Origin: Octopus sinensis
Taxonomy: Eukaryota
Direction: 5' to 3'
DNA length: 64,000 bases
NCBI RefSeq assembly: GCF_006345805.1
Contig: NC_043007.1
Coordinates: forward strand, 62,310,001 to 62,374,000
Part shown: in pieces, positions 38,139 to 50,341 of the stretch
Layout: each line of letters opens with the position of its first letter
Position numbering within the stretch: the stretch's first letter is position 1
The notes under the pieces: model-generated
What the model saw: only the letters and a program-made list of their open reading frames with translations
Told to the model about the DNA's origin: nothing
Databases searched by the model: none
Program-made: the position numbers and the translations under genes

Positions 38139-39155
38139 GATTAAACAATCAAAGCCCCCACCACCACCCCCAAAAGAAATTCAGAGAGAACCAAAAGTTA
38201 TTAATTTATAAAAGGAACTGGAAACTGAATTTAAATGTAGAAGTATTCTACTGAAATAACTATGATTTTTTTTTTATGGCACAGAAGTCTTAATGCTATG
38301 CATATGACTACTAATAAAGAAAAAGATTGATCTAAAATGTTTGCAAAGTAAATATTTATACCTTTAGCAGTTAAACCAGTTGTACTTGGCTTAAATATTT
38401 TCCCCCTTTTATGTTCAAAGTGGCTAGAACCAGCCTCTCACACCCATTCTACAATGTCATTTTAAAAATAAGCTTATCATTGAAATCTTGAAGCTATGAC
38501 ATAATGCATTATTAATTCAAAACAATGTGAATAAATAAGCATTACATTTGACAAAGTAGGGTTATATTAAGATACTATGGTACAAAATTATTAATAAAGA
38601 AAAGATTGACCAACAATTTTGGAGGAGGTGGGTAAGTCAATGACATCAACCCCAGTGTTCAATTTGTACCTATTTTATCGACCCTGAAAGGATGAAAGGT
38701 AAAGCTGACCTTGGCAGAATTTGAACTCAGAATGTAAAGACCAACAAAATTCCACCAGATTCTGCCAGCTTGCTGCCTTAGATTGATCTAAATTATTAAC
38801 AGAGCAGATGTTTATATTAAAAAGTATAATGGGTAGAACTAACAAATAGTAAAGAAAGCCAGAATAACCAACTGAATTTTCACTAGGACTTTGTCTGTAA
38901 TACATTAAACCACCCATAGTGACTTTTCGATAAACCCATAATTGATTTTAAAAAATAATGTGTGTGTGTGTGCATATTTATGCATACATACCAAAGAAAA
39001 GTGTACTCCATACATGCCATTTATATTTATTGGGAAACTTATTCACTCTGTTGGTACTCAGTGCTGATGGCATAGCAACTTCATGTAATATGAATTGCTA
39101 TACCATGTATAGATATAGAAAGGATTTGAAGAAGAATATTTAAGGATTCAGTTAA

Positions 39156-39373
39156 CCATTTACCATTTAAACCAGCCATATCTGGCCCAAATATTCTATT
39201 TGTTCAGTGTTCAAACTGGCCAGATCTGGCCTCTCACACCTCCTCTGCAATGTCATTCTAAAATTAAACAATCACATCGATGAAATATTGAAGCTATGAA
39301 ATAATGTATGATTTAGTCTAAGCAATGTGAATAAGTTATCTTACATTTGATAAGTAATTTGAATGATAAAGGA
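39156..39373. mobile_element. piggyBac-type MITE
   Basis: TTAA flanks at 39152-39155 and 39374-39377; decayed ccctttagcatt-like termini; related pieces near 37925 and 38360. Confidence 0.55.
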
Positions 39374-39539
39374 TTAAACGATAAAGGATTTAACGGCAGT
39401 GCATCAGCATGGCCGCAGCTCTGAGCTGAAACTAGAGAAAAAAAACCCCACCTATTTGCACTTAATGATAGCTAACTTTCTCAACACAGCAGAAGACTTA
39501 AAGACAGAAAGTTGAAAGAGAATACCATATATATTTATA

Positions 39540-39901
39540 TCTCTATATATATAAACGGCAAAATGTCTGTTTGTGTGTGGTGTGTGTGTATCCTTTATAC
39601 AAATCCACAATTTTTCAGTTAGAGGGCTTGCACTTTCTATGGTCATTCAAAACCGTCCAACGGTGGTTGTGCACATCTTTACACTTCCCCAGTCACCCCT
39701 CAAAGCTATTAAAAAAATCAATAGAAGTGACTTTTTTTAAAATTTTCTATCCAAAACGCAATCAAAATGCCCAAAACTTGATAGCTAGCTGTATGTGATT
39801 AGTCGGGGATTTGGACATTACTCGCGTGTATGTGCACATGCACGCAGCTGTATATGCATGCAATAGCACTATAACCTGGCAACGCTGGGTCATAGTGCTA
39901 G
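39540..39901 (+). mobile_element. Non-autonomous Helitron
   Basis: A|TCTCTATATATATAAA start; subterminal hairpin cctggcaacgctggg; CTAG|T end, i.e. inserted between A and T. Confidence 0.75.
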
Positions 39902-40129
39902 TCTATAAATAAATTCCAGCCTCCTATTGGTCATAATTAAGAATCATGTAACCAGTATTAGTAAAAGTCTCTAGTTTGTACTAGAACAGGAATATTTTTA
40001 ATAAAGCAGCCTCCAACCACAATGAAGCACCAGCTAGAAACAGCTTCAGAGAGAAACAAGTGTATAGGATTAAGGTCCCACCCACCAATAACAAACAAAA
40101 ACCTGCAAAAGATATGTAATCTGAGTGAA

Positions 40130-40330
40130 TTTTCTTATACACTCTAGGAATCACCACAAACATAACCAGGAATTTCCTAGCTTTAATAAACTGTCAATTC
40201 CCATCAATATACAAATACCATAAAATCTTCAACTCACTCAACATTAAGGTTAATTATTTCTGTATGGACAAAATCAATTTCAAGATAAATACAAGATTCA
40301 AACATGCATCCATGCAAATCCAAACTCCAC
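40130..40330 (+). mobile_element. Penelope-like element coding remnant (RT to GIY-YIG linker)
   Basis: ITTNITRNFLALINCQFPSIYKYHKIFNSLNIKVNYFCMDKI resembles the PLE motif TNIGxxFLxLIxKHFPxxHKxHKIFNxxxxKVSYSCM. Confidence 0.65.
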
Positions 40331-41289
40331 TGTCTATTTATACCTGTTGAAATACATTCACTTTTTCTTACTATGAGGTCCCATCTGCTACAAGCTTCAA
40401 AACATTGGGTAATTAAGTGTTTCAACATGTGACCAGCTTCAAGGCATGTGTAGAGAGCATTCTTCTCAATGAAACTGAAACTTGGACAATAGAGAAAGAA
40501 TTTCACAAGTTGCTACAAACACCAGGTTCCTTATGACAGCTCAGAACATTTCATGGCATGAGTACAAAATCAAAGAGAAGGTTTATGGACACATTGTGAA
40601 GACACATAGTGCTAGTGGTTAGGAGTATTCAGCTTATGATCATAAGGTCATGAGTTCGATTCCCAATGGTGTTTTGTATCCTGGAGGAAGGCACTTTATT
40701 TCACATTGCTCCAGTCCACTCAGCTGGCAGAAATGAGCAGTACCTGTATTTTAAAGGCCCAGCCTTGTTACATCCTGTGTTACACTGAATCTCCATGAGG
40801 ACTACATTTAGGGTACACATGTCTGTGGAGTACTCAGCCAATTGCTCATTAATTTCCCAAGCAGGCTGTTCTGTTGATCAGATCAACTGGAACCCTCATC
40901 ATTGTAAACAACAGAATGCAAGGTATGAATACATTATGCCAATCATTACTAATGTTTCTCAATGCAGGGAAGCTCTGCTGGTCCCTGCTATCAACAAAAG
41001 TCACCTTGGATGTTGTATTTTGAAAACTTCCATAACTTAATAGAGGACAAAGACCATTCAAATGCATTGATATTATTGGCAGTGATACACAATATGAAAC
41101 AGAAGACATATTAAATTAACACAGACAGAGATTCTTGATGCGATATAATGACGTCCATCTCAGCTCTGAGTGTGTGTTGTGTGTGTGTGTGCACATGCAT
41201 GTGTATACACACACATATACCCAAGTAAGCATATAAATGCAAACTGAAGTAGTAAAAAATAGTACTCATATACCAAAGGCAGAGTAATA

Positions 41290-41470
41290 TGCTTTTATTA
41301 AAGTCAAAAATATCTTCACAGACTGTTACTCAGAGTTTCACATCATGATTCGTCAGATAGTTGTGATCACTCAGTTTTCACATTACCATTCGTTGGACAG
41401 TTGTGATCATAACTGCCTGATGGGAAACTCAGAATAACAATCTGTGAAGATTTTCTGGGCTTTAGTAAAA
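41290..41470. ncRNA. Tandem and inverted array of degenerate hammerhead units
   Basis: Minus 41322-41361: ACUAU-CUGACGA-aucaugaugu-GAA-ACUCUGAGU-A/-ACAGU; a second partial unit 40 bp away; an inverted plus-strand unit at about 41410-41450. Confidence 0.55.
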
Positions 41471-41689
41471 AGTATATACATGTATTTGTTATATTTCAGA
41501 ATGGTCATTTTGCCAGTTTAGCCAATAAAAACACATGCACTATATATTTGGTATTACTTTGCTTCAGTGTTATTTATTGGCTAAACTGGCAAAATGACCA
41601 TTCCGAAATATAACAATGTCTGTTTCAATACACGACTTCACATAAAAAAATCTTGCACAACAAATATATAAACGTATATAAACGTATAT

Positions 41690-41900
41690 ACATACATACA
41701 TACATACATACATGTATGTATGTATGTATGTATGTATGTATGTATGTATGTATGTATGTATGTATGTATGTATGTATGTATGTATGTATGTATGTATGTA
41801 TGTATGTATGTATGTATGCATGCATGCATGCATGCATGCATACATTCACGCATGCATGCATGTATGTGTGTATGTATGTATGTATGCATGTATGTATGTC
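41690..41900. repeat. Compound (TACA)n(TGTA)n(TGCA)n tetranucleotide satellite
   Basis: Read directly from the sequence. Confidence 0.95.
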
Positions 41901-42160
41901 AAATCCTCATTAAAGGAGACTGACTGGGAGAGCAATGCTTGTCATTGCCACAGATGGAGGAAGCAGGTTAAGAAGGGGGTCGACACCTTTCAGAGAACAT
42001 GTATTCTGCAGGAAGAACTTAAGTGTGCTGCTCGAAAGTACACTGCTGGTAGTGAATGGGGAAAGCTTGGTTTGCAATGTTTGCAGTCGTGTATGCTTGT
42101 GAAGAGTAGGTCTCATTAGCCACCAACAGAGCCACAAATGCAAAATATAAGTTAGTCCTA
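41900..42160 (+). mobile_element. RTE/BovB-like ORF C-terminal fragment
   Basis: KSSLKETDWESNACHCHRWRKQVKKGVDTFQ followed by a CxxC...LISH..SH zinc-finger remnant. Confidence 0.55.
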
Positions 42161-45100
42161 GAGTGCCCAATGTTCCTAAAGGTCAGCAATGGTCTTCCTC
42201 GGTTATGAGTGGATGGCCATCATGTATGTATGTATTTATGTATATACATATGCATACTTTCATAAATACATACACACACATACACACATATGTATTCAAT
42301 CTTATAACATCACTTCACACCACACCACTGACAGATGCACTCACTCATATACAAACACATGCATACACACTCATACACACATATGATTGATTGATTCTAG
42401 TTTCAGCTCATGAGCTGTGGCCATGCTGGGGCACCGCCATTATGTATAAGTATTTATCACCACCACCACCACCATCATCATCACCATTGTTTAATGTTCA
42501 TTTTTATATGCTTGCATGCATCAAACACACTTTGTGGAGGTTATATTTTTCTTAAGTCAGATGCCCTTCCTGTAGTCAATTGTAACCTATTTCCAAGCAA
42601 ATGATGATGATGATAGATACATATATATATGAGTGTGTGTGTAAATACATGTAAACCTTGGCATGCTTTACTGGTGGATTGTAAAAAATGACACCATTTG
42701 TATGAAGAGTGACTTTTAATTACAATCATTCCAAGATGGGAACACACACACACAAACACACATGTACATGTGTAAAATACACACGCACACATACATAAAT
42801 ATATATATACATAGAGTCAGCTGCGCTCAAATGAATATACATAGAGTCAGCTGCGCTCAAATGATTTGAACTTATGCACTGAAATCTTTACTGAGGATTA
42901 AGTTTGTAGGGTATAAGAGGAATTCATGTGAACAGATATGGAGATAATGATACAAATAAACAAATAAATTGCTTGGTCTTGATATATAAAATACACATGC
43001 ATATATGCACAGGAGTGGCTGTGTGGTAAGTAGTTTGCTTACCAACTACATGAATCCAGGTTCAGTCCCACTGCATGGCACCTTGGGCAAGTGTCTTCTA
43101 CTATAGGCTTTTGAGTGGATTTGGCAGACATTTGTGTGTCTGTTTTCATCCCCCCACCATCACTTGACAACTGATGTTGGTGTGTTTATGTCTCCATAAC
43201 TTAGCAGTTCGACAAAAGGGACTGATAAAATAAGTACTAGGCTTACAAAGAATAAGTCCTGAGGTCAATTTGTTCGACTAAAGGTCATGCTCCAGCATGG
43301 CCGCCGTCAAAAGACTGAAACAAATAAAAGAATAATAGAATTACATGTAAATAGAGAGAAAACAGAGACTGAAAATATAAAGATGGTGAACATTCATGTA
43401 TAAATATATAGATATGTATATATAGATGCCTATCTCTCCACCCTGAAGACAGAGACTGGATTTACTGAATGTTTATATGCTTCCACTACTGGTTGCATGT
43501 ACTTTACTTTACTACACCAGCCAATAGTTTGAAGTAACTCCAAGTCCCCAGAAACAGCTACCAGATCTGTAACACCATACCTTCTCCCATTCATTTTCTG
43601 TGCCTTTGTACTCTGTGTACATCTGTTCTGTTAATATATAAATATCCATATATTTATGCATGAATACTCAGCATCTGAATATTTTCTGTCTTTGTTTTCT
43701 CTCTATTTACATGTGTATATATGTTTATATATATATATATATATCACTTATGTAGTTTGATTAGCTTTGTGCTTTCAAGATGTGAATAAAACAAAGAAAC
43801 CATCTCCCATGAACTTCTTCAATGCTTGAGGCCTTTCTTTCTGTAGGCTGCATATGAATACTCATGCACACAGAAACACGTGTATATATGTGTATACATG
43901 TATAAATATCTTGATGATAAGCCCCAAAAATGGCAAAATATATTCATAAAAAATTTAGTTGATATAACAAAACATATATTGATTGTTTTGTTTTCTGTAA
44001 CTTTCAGTATTTGCAATGTTGTGTTCAATACACAATATTATGCAGTATATTATAAAACATATGACTCATAGTACTGGAAAACAGTGCCTAATCTGGAGAA
44101 ATAAAGGTCAGAATCAGAATCAGGACAATTTTTTGACCCAGAAACAAGTCTTACTTAACTTGTACTTTTTTTTAACCTGAAATTTGTTGCACAGTGTTAT
44201 TGGTATCCATCACTCCTGGTTGGGACTGGAGGTGAATTGTCTTGCTTGTCTATGACTTTCAACTGTTTGAACACCCAGTGCAATGAAGGAGTCATCCCCA
44301 GAGTGCTATACCACAGTGAACTGGCAAGCAAGCAAAACACATACATTGAGTAAATGCAGTCAATAATGTTTACAACATTATTACAACATTTTTAATTCAT
44401 AATTTTTGTTGCAGCATACCAGCAGATGGTTCTTACATTATTTGTATAAAGCCATAAACCGGTGATTCAGTTCATCTCCAGTTCTGATTCAGGTATGTGA
44501 TGTTGATAATCCACAAAAATGGCAAAATGTTGGTATCCGTCACTCACTCCTGGATGGGATTGGAGGTGAATTGTCTTACCTGTGTATGACCATGCTATGT
44601 GGGAGTTGTACCCAGAGTGCTGTACTGCAGCAATCTGGTAAACAAGAAAAACACATGTACATTGAGTATGTGTGACCGATAATGTTTACAACACTAGTGC
44701 TGCTTATAATTCATAATATATATAAATAAATAAAAAATAAATGCGCCCTATTAAAGGCTAGCCAGGCTCATGGGCCCAGTTTCCCGGATTCAATGGTGTA
44801 TGTGTTCCCCAGCTGGACAGGACGCCAGTCCATCGCAGCGTTACTCATTTTTGCCAGCTGAGTGGACTGGAGCAACGTGAAATGAAGTGTTTTGCTCAAG
44901 AACACATGTTGCCTGGTCTAGGAATCGAAACCACAATCTTACAATCACAATGCCAACGCCCTAACCACTAAGCCACACCTCCACAATATATATATATATA
45001 CATCATCATCATCATCATCATTTAACGTCCGCTTTCCATGCTAGCATGGATTGGACGATTTGACTGAGGTCTTGCGAACCAGACTCCATTCTGATCTGGC

Positions 45101-45290
45101 AGAGTTTCTACAGCTGGATGCCCTTCCTAACGCCAACCATTCCGAGAGTGTAGTGGGCGCTTTTATGTGCCACCGGCATAAGGGCCAGTTTGGTGGTACT
45201 GGCAACGGCCACGCCCAAATGGTGCTTTTTACGTGCCACCTGCACAGGAGCCAGTCCAGCGGCACTGGCGATGACCTTGCTCAAATATTT

Positions 45291-45334
<44 letters not shown>

Positions 45335-46074
45335 TAAAAGGAATTCCAGCCTTGTCTGATTTTCACATTTTATTTACAATCTTATAATGATATAGTATAA
45401 TATAATATAATATAATAAAATAATATAAAATAATAGAATGTTAAATGTTCATTCTGATTGAACTAGTACTTTCATGCATTAAATTATGCAATCTTCAGGT
45501 TCATGTAGTAGTGGTGACAGTTATGCTTCATAATTTTTGACTGTAGTGAGATGGTTAAATCTGTGCCTTAAATACACCTGTATAGGCTCCAGATTGCTAG
45601 GTTTTGCAAACTGTATTCTGACCAATCAGTGTGTAGCATCAATCAATTACTTAAGCTGATTGGTTTAGGCATCACGCTTTGTTGAACATGTCAAGAGTCC
45701 TGTATCTTAACCCTGGCCGAGGCAGCAATTGTTGGGCTATTTTTAGAAATGTAAATAGCCTTTGTCAGGGAATTTTATATTTCAATTGTCATCATCATCA
45801 TTGTCAGCACCTTAATTATTGTTGCTAGTGGTGATGGTGGTGGCAATAGAATTTTTAACCCTAAATAAGATAATTTTCCTGCTAGCTTCATCTTGATCAC
45901 CTTTAGTATTGTTGTTGTTGTTAGTGGTCATGGTCGTAGCAGTAGAAGTAGTACCTCTAAGTATTATTATTATTGCTTATTTAGCTTGGGTTCGAATTTA
46001 TCAATAAAATTCTTTTCTCTGATTTTCCTCTCGATTTCACTTGGGCTGTATAATTTGTAGAATGGAAATATTAT

Positions 46075-47243
46075 ATATTTCTACAACTCAAGTAGACATA
46101 TGTACTTCCTGGTAAAGCACGAAAGAAGATCCCAGTTTCATTAGCATTGTAGATGTCCTGTGGCCTATACAATTTCAATAGAAGCTGCTTGGTTGTCTCA
46201 TGAAATTGATGGGCTCCGTTGACGTCAGCTTCAGCCGCATCACCTGCAAAGAATAAAATGTTTAGTTTTTGTTCTCTAAAGAGAAAAATGTGAACTAGTG
46301 AACTACATCACTTACCTTTTAGAACCGTAAAAAAGATTCCACGTCTTTTTAACCAATGGTAAAACCAACCTTTGGATGCCTTAAAATCATGTCCAGCAGC
46401 TTGAGCAAAGGTGTTGGCTTTGTGCATTAGGATCGGGCCATTGACAGGGACATTTCTCAAGTGAATAAATTGAAACCAATTATAAAGAGCATGGTCTATC
46501 TGTTGGTCTTTTCCCTCTCATTGGTGCTTTTTCTTTGATAACCAGCCATCATGTTCTTTGGCATGAAGGTCATCCTCATTCTTTAGCAAATTCTGGAGCA
46601 GACCTCTTGAAATTCCAAAACTCTGTGCTGTTTCCCACTGAGTTGTTTTTCCAAGAGCTTTGTAACATTCTAACTATTGAATCTTTTCTGCCATGGATTT
46701 GTCCTGCCTCTCTCTTTTCATTTTGAATATATTGAACAACTTGTGTGTGTCTGCCTCTCTATGTGAATGACAAATAATGCATTTCTTTCGCTATTAAATA
46801 CTGACAGGTAGGGTCCAGCAGCTGCAACCAACCAGCTGTCACATGGTACACACCATCATTCAATGAATAAGAAGGGCCCATAATTTTGACAAGAGGTGTC
46901 TTGGAGCTTACTTTTTCGCTTGAATGACAGGGTTGCGAGGTAGACTCAAGCAGCCACCACCAGCTACTAAATATTTATTGATCTATTTTTGGATGATGGA
47001 GTGTACCATATGACAGCTGGCTGGCTGTGGTTGCTGGAGCCTACCTGTCAGTATTTAAAAGTGAAAAAATAAGCACTTCATTCATTCACTGCCACTAGTT
47101 GAAACTTTACGAAGGAGCAGTAATAATTGGATTTTTTAAGTAATGGTTTGGATTTATTAAATGAGAGATTTTATGTGTAAAAATTCCGTCCAAACCCATT
47201 TTGGATACATTAAATATGTGGATTTATAAAATGGAATCTACTG
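46075..47243 (-). mobile_element. Tigger/pogo transposon remnant with intron-containing transposase
   Basis: TA|CAGTAGATTCC terminus at 47243; ATG at 46721 with an HTH (SFGISRGLLQNLLKN); CENP-B-type HTH (IDHALYNWF..NVPVNGPIL..FKASKGWF); GT-AG intron 46244-46315; then DIYNANETGIFFRALP. One stop and one frameshift. Confidence 0.85.
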
Positions 47244-47270
47244 TATATATATATATACACACACACACAC

Positions 47271-47369
<99 letters not shown>

Positions 47370-47426
47370 CATATGTAATATTTATATACATCTGTATAAT
47401 AATATGTTACAATTATTCAATAGTCA

Positions 47427-47489
47427 AGATAAAACTCTGAGTTTCGGATGCCGAAGTGGAAAACAACAACACCATCTCTTCGGTTATCT
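47427..47489 (-). ncRNA. Type I hammerhead-like motif (U4C)
   Basis: AGAUAA-CCGAAGA-GAUG(22 nt)CAUCC-GAA-ACUCAGAGU-U/-UUAUCU. Confidence 0.55.
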
Positions 47490-47705
47490 GGCCATCTGAA
47501 AAACGCTATGAAAAAATACCATTTTATATATATATAAATACCATTATATATATACACATATATATATATATATATTTATATATATACTTATTATATATAT
47601 ATGCACATGAGTCATCTAAGAGTCCATAAGTCAGGGAAGAGATGCACTTGTATATTTGTTAGTAGAGTAGGTATATTATCCAAAAAGTATACAAGTAAAT
47701 ATCTA

Positions 47706-48175
47706 TCATGACTGGTCTTACCAATCAGTTTCATGTAAAGAATACAATGGAGTGTTAGGTAACAAACTGATCATATAACTTTATGCTCATCAGAGTTAGC
47801 CAATATGGAAGGGAAATGCCGACTGCTCTCTATTATTCAGAAGCGGATTAGCACAACCGATCAGCAGTTGCTGTGAAGTTCCTATACAATCACACGTTCA
47901 TGCACACATACACTCCTCAAATACATATGCCTATGCACTTTTCCATATACCTTCTACATAGTGCTCACACACATTCACACACACACACATGCACACAAGT
48001 ACACAAACACACACTGCTGACTGGTTGTGCTAATCCACCTCTGACAATAGAGAGCAGTTGCCATATTTCCTACCATATTGGCTAACTCTGACGAGCGTAA
48101 AGTTATATAATCGGTTTGTTATCTAACACTCCATTGTATTCTTTATGTGAAACTATTTGGTAAGATCAGCCATGG
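47706..48175. ncRNA. Fold-back with a hammerhead motif in each arm
   Basis: Arms 47706-47867 and 48014-48175. Plus 48079-48172: UGGCUAACU-CUGACGA-GCGUAAAG(38 nt)CUUUAUGU-GAA-ACUAUUUGGU-A/-AGAUCAGCCA. Minus 47709-47802 has CUGAUGA and ACUGAUUGGU. Confidence 0.65.
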
Positions 48176-48204
48176 TGGATATTTAATACTATACTTTTCA
48201 GATA

Positions 48205-48281
<77 letters not shown>

Positions 48282-49183
48282 CATGCACACACTCATGGAC
48301 ATATATGTATACATGTATTTGTGTATACATTGTATACATAACAGACTAAATAGAATGCTCTCAAAAAAGGAGTAGAATGCTACTTTAGAAGGATTAGATA
48401 CCCTCTAATATTGTATCGACTACATGGATGCTTTAACCATAGGATTACCTAACTCACAGATAGTTGCAAAAACATCAAAGCGCCACAGATGTCATGGGCC
48501 AAGCTTAGCTTGATCTTCACCCAGAACCTCAACTTGGAAAAGTAAACCAATATAGAAAGGTGTGCCTCACATAAGTTGATATCTGCTCATTTTCCCACCT
48601 TTTGTCCACAAATCTTTAAGGGCACTTTAACTTCATATGCATTAGCAACCATTGTATTCTCTATTTTAGGAACTGAGTGCTAACAGAACTGAACTGCATG
48701 TCTCTAATTAAATATTGTGGCATGTAGCATGAATCTTGTTATCATTTGAATGTGCTATGAGGTTCCTCATGCTTCTGTGTTCCTTTAGTATAGGTGGTCT
48801 GTTTTTCTCTTGATTGCTGTTATGTCAAAAGGGATAATGCTGCATATGAAACTAAAATGCTGGAATCAGATCTTTATTTTTTCCTCACAAAACAGTATTT
48901 GCTTCAATCATCCCTTGAAGTAGAATGTAAAGGCATGGAGAGGAAATATAAGAAGTCATGTCATTAAGTAAACATTATGAGCAATAGGTTTCACACGGAT
49001 GACTGAGTCAATTGTTTCGTTTTGGAGATGGTGTAAAAGGTGGGAGAAGGTTTATGTCCATATAATGTTGGAGTTATCTGATCCTTCTAAAGTGGGGTTC
49101 CACACATTTTTTAGGATCTTCTGTTCGTGAATATGTTCATGTATATGCCCATGAATGTATAAATACATATGAATATGTAAATG

Positions 49184-49216
<33 letters not shown>

Positions 49217-49626
49217 TATATATAATATATATATATATATATACACACACATACATCCAACCACACACACACACATACAGACACAAGTATGTGTCTTCAA
49301 ATACTTACATGTATGTACGTTTGTATATACAAATAAATACATATCTGGCACACCCTATTTTAACTTTCTTTATTTCTTTATATAAATGTTTTTACAAATA
49401 AGCACAAGGCCTTGGATTTGTAGGAGAGGTGAAATAGAATGCGTTGTGATGAATATGAACTTCCCAAAGACGTCAGCTGTAATGATTACAATAACGATTT
49501 CTTTATTTTGCCACAAGGATAACATAAGTATAACATTACGGTGCAAATAATATAAGTTTCTAAATACAATGTAGAAATATATTTAAAATAGACAAATATA
49601 CAAAATAAAACAAAACATACCCTCAC

Positions 49627-49658
<32 letters not shown>

Positions 49659-49949
49659 TAATAATAAGGATAATAACTGAGAAGGGACAGTCAATGAGAG
49701 GTTTGAGGCACCCTAAAACCTTGACCACCTTCCCATTCTATCTTCCAACTTCAATTCTCAGACGAAACTGGAGAGGTAGTCCTTTCACCAACACCAAATT
49801 CACCCCTTCTCACCCACCTTTTCTAAAATTTAGGAAAGAGTATTACATCTCTCAACAAAGACGTACATTAAAAGAAATGGATTAGAATTATAAAAATGTC
49901 CATTAAACATGACGGGTAATAGTACATATGCTTTGCAACAGTTGCTGCA

Positions 49950-50341
49950 TGTTGGTTGCGTCTGCTGTTAGTTGCTGCTACCGAATGGTAGCGATTCTTT
50001 CGACATTCACTGAGAGAAGTATTGCTAATCTTTATCGAACAGCTTAGGAACTTGTAGATCAATGCCTAGCCTAAAAAAAAAGGTGTGGGGGAAAATTGGA
50101 CGTTTTAATCTTTCGTTGTCTGTTTCTGTTGCGTTTTACCTTGCGCAGTAAACAGAAATTGAAAGAAAATATGATCAACTGCCATAAGTGAAGGTGGCGT
50201 TAGCGTTAGTAGTGTGTTTGCGTTGTGTCACGCCTTTCAGGAGTGAGAGCGCTGTTGTGTTGTGTTGTTTTTCCCTCTCGTATGTGTGTCGCATGTGTAT
50301 CTCTGTGTATGTGTGTGTAAGAGTGCTTGTGAGAGAACAAG
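49950..50341 (+). promoter_or_regulatory. Probable promoter/5' UTR of the PH-domain gene (CpG-rich)
   Basis: Non-repetitive, visibly CpG-enriched DNA leading into AAG-ATG-G at 50342; TSS cannot be placed. Confidence 0.45.

Noticed and set aside
41570-42119. Overlapping long ORFs (YIHT/MYVC repeats); likewise 12625-12907, 52392-52931 and 60916-61265
   Set aside because: Translations of stop-free microsatellites.
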